Shown here piece by piece: positions 35,451-48,670 of a stretch of 64,000 bases of DNA; positions within the stretch are counted from its first letter, which is position 1; each line of letters begins with the position of its first letter. Location: assembly GCA_963921275.4 (NCBI GenBank), contig OZ001293.3, positions 6,592,001-6,656,000 of the forward strand. Direction: 5' to 3'. The notes under the pieces were generated by a model that made no database searches, had not been told where the DNA came from, and saw nothing but the letters and a program-made list of their open reading frames with translations. A program made the position numbers and the translations under genes. The stretch is from an uncultured Hormoscilla sp. Its GTDB lineage: Bacteria; Cyanobacteriota; Cyanobacteriia; Cyanobacteriales; Desertifilaceae.

Positions 35451-36452
35451 ATCCTCGTAGCCTCCTACTTTATGAAGATTTTCCTTGAGATGATACCAAT
35501 CTAATATTTCTCTTGCCTGGTTCGCCTATCTGTTTAAATAATTTCCAAATTCCTGCATGTCCATCTCCTAGACAATAAAATGGAGCAAAAATTTTTTGAC
35601 AATTTACCCAGTTTGTTCTTCTTAAAAAAATGCTCTGCAATATATCCCACTGACTGCTTTATAATCTTTCCATTCACAAGCTTGTCCTTTTTCTTCTGTT
35701 CTAATCCTTGCTTTTCCTCCAGGCGACTTCTTTCACTTCCAATCCTGATGTTGGCAACTTAAAATCCTGCCTTTGAAATAATCTATGTAATGTACTATGA
35801 CTAATTTTTATTCCCGTGAGATCTGCAGCTTTTTGATAAGATTCATTCGCACAAATTAACATAGCATTTTTCTCCATTTTGGGACTGGATTTCACATGAG
35901 ACTTCAAAATAATTAGCTTGTCGATTGGTGATTGATATCTTTCTTTGTTGTCAATTGACGTTTTTTCCTGTTTTTATCCCCGTATTCAATAATTTGTGAG
36001 TTCTGGACCCACTCTTTCGAGCAGAAAATTGTTCAATTTCTAAATCTTCAAAATTTTCTAAGTTTGGGAAATTTTAACCAGTAGAGCCAAATTTGTTTTT
36101 GTCTATACATTCATCAATTTCAAATTCGTCCATATCAAAAAGTTGTTCTGGGTTCATAGCAGCAAGAAAATAACTTCAATTTCAATCTATCATAGATAAT
36201 GTATAAATATCCAAAAGACTGCAAGTTTTTATTATATAATTATTAAATAGTTATTATAAATATTTATTATGATTAGTCACAGATGCAAAAGTGAGATGCA
36301 CCCAATACCTTCTGGCTTATGTTTGTGGCTCAAATTGTCAATGGCGTGGCTGGAGGGGGTACTTAGCACAGCACAAGCGTACATTGCCGATGTATCTACA
36401 TCACCTCAAGAACGGACTAAAAACTTTGGTCTGATAGGGGTAGCAGCGGGAA

Positions 36453-38134
36453 TTGGGCTTAACTTCACCGTCCAAGCTAAACAGGTCCAAATCTCTGACT
36501 AATCAGGGACTTGACTCCTTGATGGCTGTGGAGTTGAGTAACCGCATTCAGAACCAACTAGGTGTGGATGTACCCACCATGAATTTGATTGGAAGTGCAA
36601 GTATTGCTTCGTTAGCAATGGAGCTACTTCAGCAAATAACGGTAACCGACCCAACCACTTCAGCAGACGAAGGTGATTTGATCGTTCGCTTCAAACCCCA
36701 TCGGGATGCTCCCCTACGTCTGTTCTGCTTCCCTTACATGTCGGCAGGACCGTCCGCGTTTCGCCTCTGGTTTGATGATTTGCCATCCGACATATATAGC
36801 ACTACCAAAGCAGCTTAGGACGTATAATGTAAAACAAGAAGACCGATTCGAGGAGAATAATAATGCCGGCCCCTTACAGCTATGATTTTCGGAAAAAGGC
36901 AATCGAAGCTTATAAACGAGGTGAACGAAAAACAAACATATGTCGAAAACTCAATATTAGCAGGAATACTCTGGACCTTTGGTTGAAAAGAGAGGCTGAG
37001 ACTGGAGATTTTTAGGCTAAAACAGCCAGTCGCAAAGGTCTCAACCCAAAATCAACAATCAAGAAAAGTTTCGTGCGTTTATAATGGAGATAAAACTCAA
37101 AAAGAGATGGCCATATTGTGTTACACAACCAAATATTAGTAGGACCATGCTTTGGTTAGGGATAAGCAGAAAAAAAAAGACCTATGGATATCGGGAAAGA
37201 GATGAAGAAAAACGTCAAGAGTTTTTGCGAAAACTAGATAATCTCGAAAAAAATAAGAGAATATACGTTGATGAGGCGATGTCTCCGGAGTAGTGCGATT
37301 AGCGCTCTCCGGAGACATCGCAGGAATAGATAACAGAGAAGAATACCCCTATGGTTACTGCGATCCGAGGAGAAAGATTTTACGCAATAAAATCCGGAAA
37401 ACTAACCGAGAGAGTCAGTTGGATAGCGGCGCAGAGAGAAGATAAGGTCTTTGCTCCTTTAGTATTTAGTGGAGGTTGTAACAAGGATTTATTTGAATTT
37501 TGGGTAGAATTCTGTTTAATCCCTCAACTTGAGGAGGGAGATGTAGTTATTATTGAAAATGCAAGTTTTCATAAGTCAATATTCGTTAGGGAACTAATTG
37601 AGTCGGCTGGATGCGAGCTGTTATACTTACCAACCTATTCTCCCGATCTTAATAAAAGAGAGCATTGGTGGTTTGTTCTCAAGAATTGGATGAAACAAAG
37701 GATAAACGAATTTGAGAATTTCCAAGACTGCATTGATGCTGCCTTTCGAGAATGTCCTAATGTATTTGCGTAATGCAATAACTTTGTGCGGTTAACCTTC
37801 TGGAAGTGTAGACCGTCTGGGAGAACAACCCTTCCAGCAGCTAGCCACTTTGCTGCCAGCCTTGGCAGAAGTTATGCTTCCCTATCTAGACAAGCCCTTT
37901 GCTTTCTATGGTCATCGCTTAGGAGCACTGCTGGCTTTTGAAGCGGCTCGTTACCTGCGCCGAGAACATGGTTTAAATCCGGCTCACCTGTTTTTTGCTG
38001 CTTGGTTTGATCCGGTGCTCCCAAATCCATATCCTTCTGATGACGAGTCTATCCAAGCAATATCATCCATTACCGATTTATCGGAATCAATATCTCAAGA
38101 ACTGATGCCACTTCTGAGTTCGTCCCAGGAGTAG
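36453..38134 (+). pseudogene. type I PKS terminal ACP + thioesterase remnant
   Basis: GLDSLMAVEL (ACP); RLFCFPY and PFAFYGHRLG (TE with nucleophile Ser changed to Arg); split by IS630. Confidence 0.85.
36795..37780 (+). mobile_element. IS630-family element, degraded
   Basis: YSYDFRKK, YVDEAG, NASFHK, YLPTYSPDLN; imperfect TIR with TA ends. Confidence 0.85.
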
Positions 38135-38470
38135 ATTAAACTAAGCCAGGGACCGACTCGTCTTCAAAACCGGACGTGACACTTTCGCGTCATCCGGCTC
38201 CTCGGTCTCGTCATCTCTGTCATAGACACGGCCTTTGCTGCCATCCCTGGCAGACTTATAGTCATGGCAATGGTCGTGCAGCAACTGTAGGTTGGTGTAC
38301 CAGTCCTTGCCCCCCCGAAAGGTAGGCATTATATGGTCCACTTCCCACCGGTCGCCATCCTTGAACATTAATCCACATATTTCGCATTTGCCCTTTTGTT
38401 TCCTGAGCAGGTTGATTACTCTAGTGCTCACGTCCGGGCTTTTCCGCATTCTCATGCTCCAGTAATTAAA

Positions 38471-41138
38471 CTAAGCCAGCGGGTCGCTCCGCCGACTCGT
38501 CTTCAAAACCGGACGTGACACTTTCGCGTCATCCGGCTCCTCAGTTTCGCCATCCTTGTCATGGATACGGCCTTTGCTGCCATCTCTGGCAGACTTAACA
38601 TCATGGCAATAGTCATGCAACAACTGTAGGTTAGAGTACCAGTCTTTTCCTCCTCGCGAGACTGGTAGAATATGGTCAACCTCCCACTTGTCACCGTCTT
38701 TGAACTTCAGTCCGCAGTGTAAACACTTACCATCCTGCCTTTTGAGCAGATTAATTACCCTTGTGCTCACATCCGGGCTTTTCGTTAGCCTTTTGCTCCA
38801 ATAGACTAGATTACCGTCGAACGGGCTTGCTGTTCCCTTTACCTTTATGTGTCTGTGCGATTCGTTCTAGCCTAACGTGGTCAAACACGGAACGCTAGCC
38901 CGGTTTCATTAGCCGGGAACTCTGACCGCATGGGGGTTAAATTCCCCTCCCCCCAGGTACGGGGGTGACACCGGTCCTCGGTGCTACGAAGCGACATCAT
39001 CGTGGTGCTAAGCGAGGACTCAAATGTAGGATAACTGGCAGCCTAAGCCGGTGACGCCGCTAGGAAAGATATCCAAGGTTAGAGCAGGCAAACATGTGCA
39101 AGCCTCGTTATAAGGAACCAGCGAAATAAGGCTATATGCGCTGGCCTAAAAAGGAAATGGTAGCTAGTATTAGTTTTAGACTCTGGCTAATATAGTACTC
39201 AAATAGCTCCCGGGGTATAGTGTGGACCTAAAGGTATCGCGAAATGTTGTTAGGGAACGAAGTAACCTCTCGTGTGCTGTCCATCAGGACAAGTTAGATG
39301 TTAAGCGCAAGCCACGGGGGGAGGGATGGCCCAAGAAGCGAATGCCCGGGGTAATTCCTGGGATAACATCTACAGTAATGTAGATGATGCTGGGTAGCCA
39401 GCGCTGACGTGGGTCGGTGATACTAGGAAGCTGCTGGAATGAGTAATCCTAAAAAGCCACGGAACTAATCCGAAACGCAAGTGGAGGATAAGGTATGGAT
39501 AACTGGTAAAACTGACTTGAAAATGGTGATACTAACGGTTATCAGAACAACCACTCGCTAAACCAGGAAAGGGAAGAAAAGACAGGCGGCAAGGGCTAAC
39601 GGAAGTAATTCCTATTAAGTCTACCTATGAAAAGGGCCTAGTACCCAGTAGCCGGATGCGGTGAAAATCGCAAGTCCGGTTCCTCAAGGGAGGGTCGGGA
39701 AGCGATTCCCGGCTCGACCCCATCCGACTATTTCAGTTTCAGTGTAGCGGGCCAGTTTTACGATGTCTCCACCTTTTGTTTTTCCAGTGAACCTCCACCG
39801 GTCACTCCCGGTCAGGGCCCAATATTTTCTGGCAATCCATCTACCCGATTTGTTGGGATGCCTTCCCTTCGCCCATTGCCATAGCAATTCCCACAAGTGT
39901 TTATCCATAGAGCTGTAAGTGACCTTACTTACCACCGTTCTGAAATAGTTACTCCACCCCCTTATTACCGGGTTCAGTTTTGCTATCACAGCCTCCTGTG
40001 GTGCTCCTTTATGGCGGCGTACTATCTGCAATAGTTGCTCTTTATGATTTCTTATGGATTTGTCACTAGGCTTGATTATGGTTTTGAATCCTAGGAGGGT
40101 TCCGTGGCCATTTCTGCCGCTTTGATATTTTCCTACTCTGTATTGTCGGATGTTAAACCCTAGGAAATCAAATCCTGGGTTTTCTCCTTCCAGAGTGTGG
40201 GATATCCTCGTTTTCTCGGCTTTTAGCTCTAGTCCTATCTCCCTCAACCACTTTTCAATCACTCCTTGCGCCTTCTCTATCTTCGACCGGTCCTTATGCA
40301 TAACCACAAAGTCATCCGCATATCTTACTACGGTTAACTCATTTTCCTCTTCCTTTGTGCGGGCGAGTTCCATCACTACCCCTTCCAGCTCATGTAGAGC
40401 TATGTTGGCTAGTAACGGTGATATCACTCCGCCTTGAGGAGTCCCGGCTTCCGTGATTTCCAATTTCCCCCGGTCCATTACCCCGGCTTTTAACCATCCC
40501 CGTACTTGCTTACGGATTAATGATGTGGTATTCAATTTCTTTAGGAGTGCAGAATGATTGATTTTGTCAAAACACTTTGCAATATCCGCATCTAACACCC
40601 ACTTTGGTTTCCATTTGATGCTGAGGAATATTGCTGCAACCGCATCATGGCATCCTCTTCCTGGTCTGAATCCGTAGGAATTGGGTTCCATATACGCTTC
40701 CCATTCGGGCTCCAGCGCTTGTTTAACCAATCCTTGAAGCGCGCGGTCGTGCATCGTTGGTATTCCTAATGGCCGCTTCTCGTCCCTTCCTGGCTTCGGT
40801 ATCCACACTCGACGTGTGGGTTTTGCCTTTGCCTCTCTGGTAACTCTGAGTTGGCCTACCAGTTCTTGTCGCTGCTTTGGGGTCAATGCTTTAACACCAT
40901 CCACTCCTGCAGTCTTTTTTCCCTGGTTCTGTTGTATTACCTGCCGAACCGCTATCATCTTTGCGGACCATGACCTATTCAGTAACCCTTGGAGCTTGCG
41001 AACTTTCTGCTTATTGCCTTCCTGTGCCGCTCTGTAAATTCGTTTTTGCAGCTTAAAGACTACCTTCTCCAGCTTTCGCCAGGGGGTCGTCTTCCATTCA
41101 TACTCTTGTCTTTCGACTAAGTTCCGTGACATATTCAC
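38471..41138 (-). pseudogene. ltrA: RT/maturase-HNH of intron E, interrupted by antisense intron F
   Basis: ETEIV|RHIKVKG joins in frame when 38855-39725 is removed. Confidence 0.92.
38855..39725 (+). mobile_element. ORF-less group IIB intron (F), antisense within E
   Basis: GTGCGATTCG...GACCCCATCC. Confidence 0.93.
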
Positions 41139-41501
41139 TACTACTTACAACTTCACAATTGACGAGACCGTGAGGGCGTCAGCTTATCCTATCCATTACA
41201 GACAGGCGTTTGCTTCTCCACTCAATCTCCCCCTGTTGCGTCCTGCCTTCCGGAGAGCAGATGTTACGCCTGTGGTGGCTACTCCATCTATCGACCGGTG
41301 ATGGAGAGTACTGCAACCGGGTTATTTCGTTCCTACAGATGATTAGTCGTAACCTTAGATGGGTTCCTATACGCCGGGTTTATTGTCAGTGCTTGCCGGT
41401 CAGCTATTCATCTGCCGGTGACCATTATCCTTTCCCTTTTGGGACCAGTGTGCCAGCCTTATTTCACTGGTTTGGCGTAACGACGTTGCAAACCTTTGCT
41501 T

Positions 41502-42335
<834 letters not shown>

Positions 42336-44072
42336 TACGCTCATCATAGTTACTTGCTCGGCGGTAACCGATTTTTGGCTTTCAGTCATTGCGCCTTTCC
42401 TTCCCGCTTCACGGATTGATGCCATCGCTACCGTGGGGAGGGTGCTGTCACTCCTGCACCTGGAGGGGTGGGCTTTCACCACCATCATCTATAAGTTCTC
42501 GGGGCTAATAAAACCCCGGTAGTGGTCCCCTTTATTGATTTTTTGACATGTGTCAAGTCATTTTACACTAAACGAATCGCACGACTAGGTCGCCATTATA
42601 CGGGCTAGCTGTCCCTTTCACCTTTACGTGTCTGATTATCTCAGTCTTTGAGTGCTGGGTAAGCTCTATCTTCTCCTTGTACTTGGTTTTGCCGATGAAG
42701 TTCCACCAGACATCCTTGGTAAGAGTCCAGTAATTTCTGGCAATCCATTTGATCGATTTGTTGGGGTGCCTTCCCTTTGCCCATTGCCACAGCAGTTCCC
42801 ATAGGTAGTTGTCCATATCATTGTAAGTTTTCTTACTTATCACAGTCTTAAAGTAGTTACACCATCCCCGTATTACCGGGTTTAGCTTGGCTATCAGAGC
42901 TGCTTGTGGCGCTGATTTATGGCTGCGTACTATCTGGGATAGCCGCTCTTTATGTTTCCTGATGGATTTACTACTAGGCTTAATCAGTGTCTTGAATCCT
43001 AGGGGGGTTCCGTGGGTTGATTTACCGCTTCTGTATTTCCCTACCACATATTGTCGGATATTGAATCCTAGGAAATCAAATCCTGGATTTTCTCCTTCCA
43101 GCGTGTGGGATATCCTGGTTTTCTCGGCTTTCAACTCTAGTCCTATTCCCTTTAGCCAGTCGGAAATCACTCCTTTTGCTCGCTCAATCATTGACCGGTC
43201 GTCGTGCATTACCACAAAATCATCGGCGTATCTGACTATGGTCATCTTCCTCTTCTCTTCCCTTGTGCGAACTTTCTGCTTGTTGCCTTCCTGTGCCGCT
43301 CTGTAAATTCGCTTTTGTAGCTTAAAGACTCGGCGCTCCAGCTCTTGCCAGGGCACCTCCTTCCATTCATACTCTTGTCTTTCGACTGAGTTCCGTGACA
43401 TGTTCACTACTACTTACAACTTTACAATTGACGAAACTGTGAGGGCGTCAGCTTATCCCATCCATTACAGACGGGCGTTTGCTTCTCCACTCAATCTTTC
43501 CCGGTTGTGACCTGCCTTCCGGAGAGCAGATGTTACGCCTGTGGTGGCTACTCCATCTATCGACCGGTGATGGAGAGTACTGCAACCGGTTTACTTCGTT
43601 CCTACAGATGATTGGTCGTAACCTTAGATGGATTCCATACGCCGGGTTTGTTGTCAGTGCTTATTGGTCGGTCCAGAATCCGCCAATGACCTGTATCCTT
43701 TCCCTTTTGGGCCAGCGTGTTTAGCCTTATTCCGCTGGTTTCATGTAACGACGTTGCAAATCTTCGCATTATGCTCATCATAGCTACTTGCTTAGCGATG
43801 ACCAGTTTAGGCTGCCAGTCATTACGCCTTTCCTTCCCGCTTCACGGATTGATGCCATCGCTACCGTGGGGAGGGTGCTGTCACTCCTGCACCTGGAGGG
43901 GTGGGCTTTCACCACCATCATCTGTAAGTTGTCAGGGCTAATAAACCCTGCCAGCGGTCCCCCTTCTTGACTCGTGTCAAGTTAGTTTATGCTAAACGAA
44001 TCGCACTCTAGAGATATAATCTAGCGCGGTAATTTCTCTGGTCGAGAAGTTGAACTCAACTTCTCGACAATT

Positions 44073-44450
44073 GTGAAAAAATCAGGAATTCAAATAACAC
44101 CCAATCAATTTTTCGGAACGATGTCCCCTGGAAGCACTATTCCTACTACCCAGGGGACATCGCTTGGTGATTGGTATCTTTTGAAATCAGAGATGCAAAT
44201 GGTCAGGCGATCTACCCATTCGGCCAAGATGCTATGGGGTATATTATGTAGGCAGAAGACGGATAGGTCCGTGGCGATCGCGACTGCAAACCGTCCCCAG
44301 TTTTCCTCTAAAGATCTTGCGGTCGGAAGTACGGAGTCCAAAGCAGCCGCTACCGAAACATATATCTCCTATTGCGGTCAGTATGAAATTCAGGATAGCA
44401 AGGTGATTCATCATATTGAAGGGATCCTATTTCCCAACTGGGTTGGTGTA
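44073..44450 (+). pseudogene. lipocalin-like domain protein fragment
   Basis: RPQFSSKDL..YISYCGQYEI..VIHHIE..LFPNWVG; truncated near an ISKra4-like end at 44560-44580. Confidence 0.65.
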
Positions 44451-45064
44451 GATAGCATCCCCTATTTGCCTATGTATATATTTTGAGCAAATGTCGTACA
44501 TGTTAAAATAACTCCGAACAGAGAACTCCGAACATAGAACCCGAGAATTGGCAATTTCATGCCAAAGTGAGATGCGCCCCATACTATCCCCTCTTTCACC
44601 GATCGTATCGGGCTAGTTATTGATAGTATTTCTATCTCTTTTTTTTGAAATTTTCTTTGATATTTGGCGAGCTTTTTCTTGCTTAAATAAGGTGATTTAC
44701 TAAACTTATATATTTATAGAAAACCACAGCAAACTATTGTGCTGTGGATGTCTGCTTAATTTTTATTATTTTTTTATCGCACCCGATCGCTTTTATACCT
44801 TTCATCGTAGTTTTACTCAATTTTTATAGCGCATTAACCTGAGTAATAACTACTTAATTATTTTCCTGATTTCCGGATATGTTGTAGCTGCCTCTGGTTC
44901 TATCTGGACTACTAAGGCGGGGAATTTATTGGCTATGGGAACTTTCTGAAAGTTGTAATGACCAGAAATTAGAGCTAAGGCGATCGTTAGGGCGATCGCA
45001 TGCAGGGCGGCAGAACTTTTGTCCAATGAGCCAGTCATTTCACCTCAAACATGGATATATCTAT

Positions 45065-46891
45065 TAGACATCTCCAAAATAGAAATTTATGCTATAATAA
45101 GATTTGAAAATTTAATTTTGTGACGAGTATTACCTGGACATATTTGCAAGCCAAGCCTAAAGAAGCAAAACGGCTCATCGGTATCAGCTATGAAAACTTA
45201 ATACAACTTATTGCAATTGCTGTTGGATAAAAATCATAAAGAAAAGGTGGAAGAACACAAAACTAGATTGATACGTAGTGGGGGCGAAACCTAAATTATT
45301 AGTAGAAGAGCAAATAAACTTTGATGTGTCAAGGATTAACATTCCAAGTATTAGGTATACTTTTTGGGTGAAAGCTAATGATATTTTTAATTATTGGCAA
45401 GATCTTTTCCGCTTTGCCGTTTACTTGAACAAAAAAAATGGAGAAGATGAAGAATATTTATCCAAACACAGAATATGAGTTGATAGTCGATAGCGCAAGC
45501 CATATCAAGACCTAAAGACTATGAAGAGCAGAAAAAGTTTTACTCAGGTAAGAAGAAATACTTTGAAAAATCAATGTTTTACCTGGTAGCGAAGCGTGCA
45601 GATCTTGTCGATGTTGTATCTGGAGAAAGAGGCCCTGCAAGCGATATAAATCTTGCGAGCGTCGTTTTCGATCCAGATCAAATTTTTGCAGGGGATAAAG
45701 CCTATATTGGAGAACCTCAAATAAAAACAACCGAAAAAACAGGAATTAACAGCTAAACAAAAAGAAGAAAATAGAGATTTTTCTTCCCGTTTTCGTTGAA
45801 CACGTCATAAGATTGGTTTTTCCGGGTTGCCAGCGAGCGATTTCGGTTAAATATTGATAAATATGAATCGGTAATTTCGACAAGTTGTGGGTTGGTTAGA
45901 TTGCGCGAATTTTAGAAGTATTAGAATCTGTTGATAGCTCTGAAAAACTTGAGATTAACCAGTACCACCTTTGGAGCTCTTTATTAACAGGAAATCTATC
46001 AAACCGATTCTGCCGTTTGAGTAACATATGTGAGCATGGGAGGTAGAGCTTAAAACCCAGAGCTGACAAGGGTTTTGTGCGATTCGTTCTCGCCTAACCT
46101 GGTCAAACACGGAAAAGCTGGCCTAGGAAACTAGGAACTCTGGTTCTCATGGGGGTTCAATTCCCCTCCCCCAGGCACGGGGGTGACACCGATCCTCGGT
46201 GCTGCGGAGTCACATCGCCGTAGTGCTAAGCGAGGACAAATGTAGGATCAACTGGCAGCCCTTACCGGTGACGCCACTAGGAAAGATGCTCATGGTTAGA
46301 ACAAGCGAACCTATGTATAAACCTCGTGAAGTCAAACCAGCGAAATAAGGCTTTAAGCGCTGGCCCAAAAAGGGAAATGGTAGTTTGTGTTGGTTTTGAA
46401 ATCTGGTCAACAACGTGCTCAAATAACTCCCGGGGAATAGTAGGAACCTAAAAGCATCGCGCTCCGGAGACTAGGGAACGAAGTAACCTCTTGTGTGCTG
46501 TCCCCATTTGGACAAGTTAGATGTAAAACGCAAGCCACGGGGGGAAAGATGGCCCGAAAAGCCAATGCCCAGGGTAACGCCTGTGGATATGCTGACGCGG
46601 GTCGGTGAAAGTAGTCCATCTCGGGCAAAAGTACCCTTAACACGCCCCAATGCTCCTCGTAGGGCGGGATTACTGGTAAAACAGACTTGCAAATGGTAAT
46701 ACTAAAGGTTATCTGGCAGCGCCACTTACCAACCAAGAAAGGGGAGAAATTACATGAGATGAGGGGCAACGGGAGTAATCCCTAACTGTTCTAAGGACAA
46801 GCCCCAGCGGTGAAAGTCGCAAGTCCGGTTCCGAATGGGAGGGTTGGAAAGCGATTTCCAGCTCGACCCCGACTATTTTTGGAGATGTCTA
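45065..46891 (+). mobile_element. IS5-family (ISL2/IS702-like) remnant
   Basis: TIR TAGACATCTCCAAAA; AKRLIGISY, YSGKKK, GDKAYIG. Confidence 0.75.
46077..46874 (+). mobile_element. ORF-less group IIB intron, 5' strand of DV deleted
   Basis: GTGCGATTCG...CCCCGACT; the AGC triad helix is missing; inserted next to the IS right TIR. Confidence 0.88.
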
Positions 46892-46981
46892 TTATCACAT
46901 CCCCGTTGCGATCGCTACTGTGACCGTTCCTTCCGCCTTCCGTGATTTTCCTCTCGGCGTCTCCACTCACATCACCGGTTG

Positions 46982-47911
46982 TTAGCGTTGGATAAAGTTG
47001 CGCGGTCCGGTATATCCAGACAAATCAGCGAGTTTGGACAAGGATTGCACGCCGGAATATAATTGGCCGTTGATTTCCCAAGTCGGAAAGCCCGTTATCC
47101 CAACGGTCTTGCAGAGTTCTGTCTGGGAAGAAAGCCCATCGGGCGCACATTCTATATAGTTGAGCAGACTCGCGGCTTCCGAACCAAACATCTGTTTCTG
47201 CTCGTGGCAGTGGGGACACCAGTAGGCACTATACTTTTTGGCCCTGATGTTTTTCAGATGACGGGCCAGAGCAATTTCTGCTGGTCCGGAAGTGGTAGTA
47301 ACTATTGGCGGTGCCTTTCGGTCTGTGACTGCGGGATTATTAACGATGGTGGGATTATCAACGTTGGCATAGACCCCTAAGGCCCCCACTAATGTCACAA
47401 TACCTACTACAACTCCAGTAAACAATAGCTGGCCGATGTCTTCCCAAGGGCGGCCAACCAAGGTCAGGACCAACATGCTCCCAGACAATAAAGCTGAGAC
47501 AACGCAGTAAGGACAGAAAGCCTCAATCTTGAAGGCCATGATATACATTAGGTAGCTGCTACCCACCGCCATCGCCGTGCCCCCCCCAAACAGCAGCAGC
47601 CAAGTCCAGCGTTCCAGGTTGTGCCGTAGTTCCTTGTTTTTGTCTGCATTAACTAGCAGGGGAGCGATCGCCATAATGGCCATGCTGGTGTAGCCTAGAA
47701 AGCCAAATAGGGTTAAAGGCTGTCCCAAAACGGTGGCATAGGGACTGGAAAGGACTTCCTTGCAGCCACTGGTAGGGCAGACAGCCGCAGCACTTCCCGT
47801 CAGTTCAGCTACCGTGAGCAAGGCAGTTTCTAAGGCTCCTATTATGGCGATCGCCCCGAGTAGCGGACGTGACCGACGATGCATTGGATTTGTAGAACGA
47901 CTCCGTTTCAT
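46982..47911 (-). CDS. VKOR-thioredoxin fusion (thylakoid disulfide formation)
   Basis: C..SGC.EVLSSPYA, CPYC, WCPHC, GFPTW. Confidence 0.92.
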   Translation of the reverse strand: MKRSRSTNPMHRRSRPLLGAIAIIGALETALLTVAELTGSAAAVCPTSGCKEVLSSPYATVLGQPLTLFGFLGYTSMAIMAIAPLLVNADKNKELRHNLERWTWLLLFGGGTAMAVGSSYLMYIMAFKIEAFCPYCVVSALLSGSMLVLTLVGRPWEDIGQLLFTGVVVGIVTLVGALGVYANVDNPTIVNNPAVTDRKAPPIVTTTSGPAEIALARHLKNIRAKKYSAYWCPHCHEQKQMFGSEAASLLNYIECAPDGLSSQTELCKTVGITGFPTWEINGQLYSGVQSLSKLADLSGYTGPRNFIQR

Positions 47912-47914
47912 AAT

Positions 47915-48411
47915 CCTCTCCTAAAATTGGCGCGATCCCCGGTAGCCTGATAAATTTGCTAGTTTTTCCAGAGATTGCGTGCCCGTGTATAATTTGCCAT
48001 TGATTTCCCATGCCTCCATCTCAGCTGCTTGGCAGACCTCTGCTGGGCGGGCCCAATGACCATTAGGCGAACATTCTATATAGTCGAGCTGGGCGATCGC
48101 CTGTTTGCCAAATGCTTCATTTTCTGCTTATGGCAGTGATGGCACCAATATGCGCCATACATCTTGGCTCCTATTTGCTGGAGATGTTGCGCCAGCGCTA
48201 TTTTAGCAGGACTTGAAGTTCTCCTAATGGGTTTTCCTCTATATCTCGAAGAGGATGCCACCGCCGGCACCCCAACAGTCCTTTCCCATACTACCGTACC
48301 GCAGAGGGCGATCGTTCCAAGGGCGATCGCGCCCATCAATAGCGATATCCACCGGCGATGGCGATTAATCCAGCAAGTGAATGGTCGATCCGGAGCGCAG
48401 CGTTCTCCCAT
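47915..48411 (-). pseudogene. thioredoxin-like paralog of the VKOR C-domain, frameshifted
   Basis: LAQHLQQIGAKMYGAYWCHHCH..WEINGKLYTG. Confidence 0.7.
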
Positions 48412-48670
48412 GAGTTTAGGAAAGCCCGAGCAAACAAATTTTCCTCAATCATTATAACACAGGCGAAATTCAACTATTCACCACGGCACTCTAGCCTATG
48501 CATCTCTATCCATTTTGAACCGCCCGTGATGTCTGTAAACTCTCTCTGGGAGAGACTTACATGCTATATACTGTAGCAGCAGTCCTAACTTATATTATCC
48601 TTTTTTGACAAAAGGGTATTAGGCATGATATGAAAAACAGCAGATTAAGTATATCGGGTAGCAGCTCGCT

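Larger units (their letters stand above)
29858..36303 (-). mobile_element. ISKra4-family element hosting three introns and an IS1-like element
   Basis: TIR GGGTGCATCTCA.TTTTGCATCTGTGAC; perfect 8-bp TSD aatacctt; IGSGSIESVIKRI. Confidence 0.9.
29568..36460 (+). pseudogene. TetA-like MFS exporter split by ISKra4 and 3'-deleted
   Basis: LGIMSDRYGRRP; resumes at 36304 with ..AQAYIADVS..ERTKNFGLIG. Confidence 0.8.

Noticed and set aside
38141..38770. Tandem stand-alone HNH genes
   Set aside because: They are the C-termini of the RT ORFs of nested introns D and E
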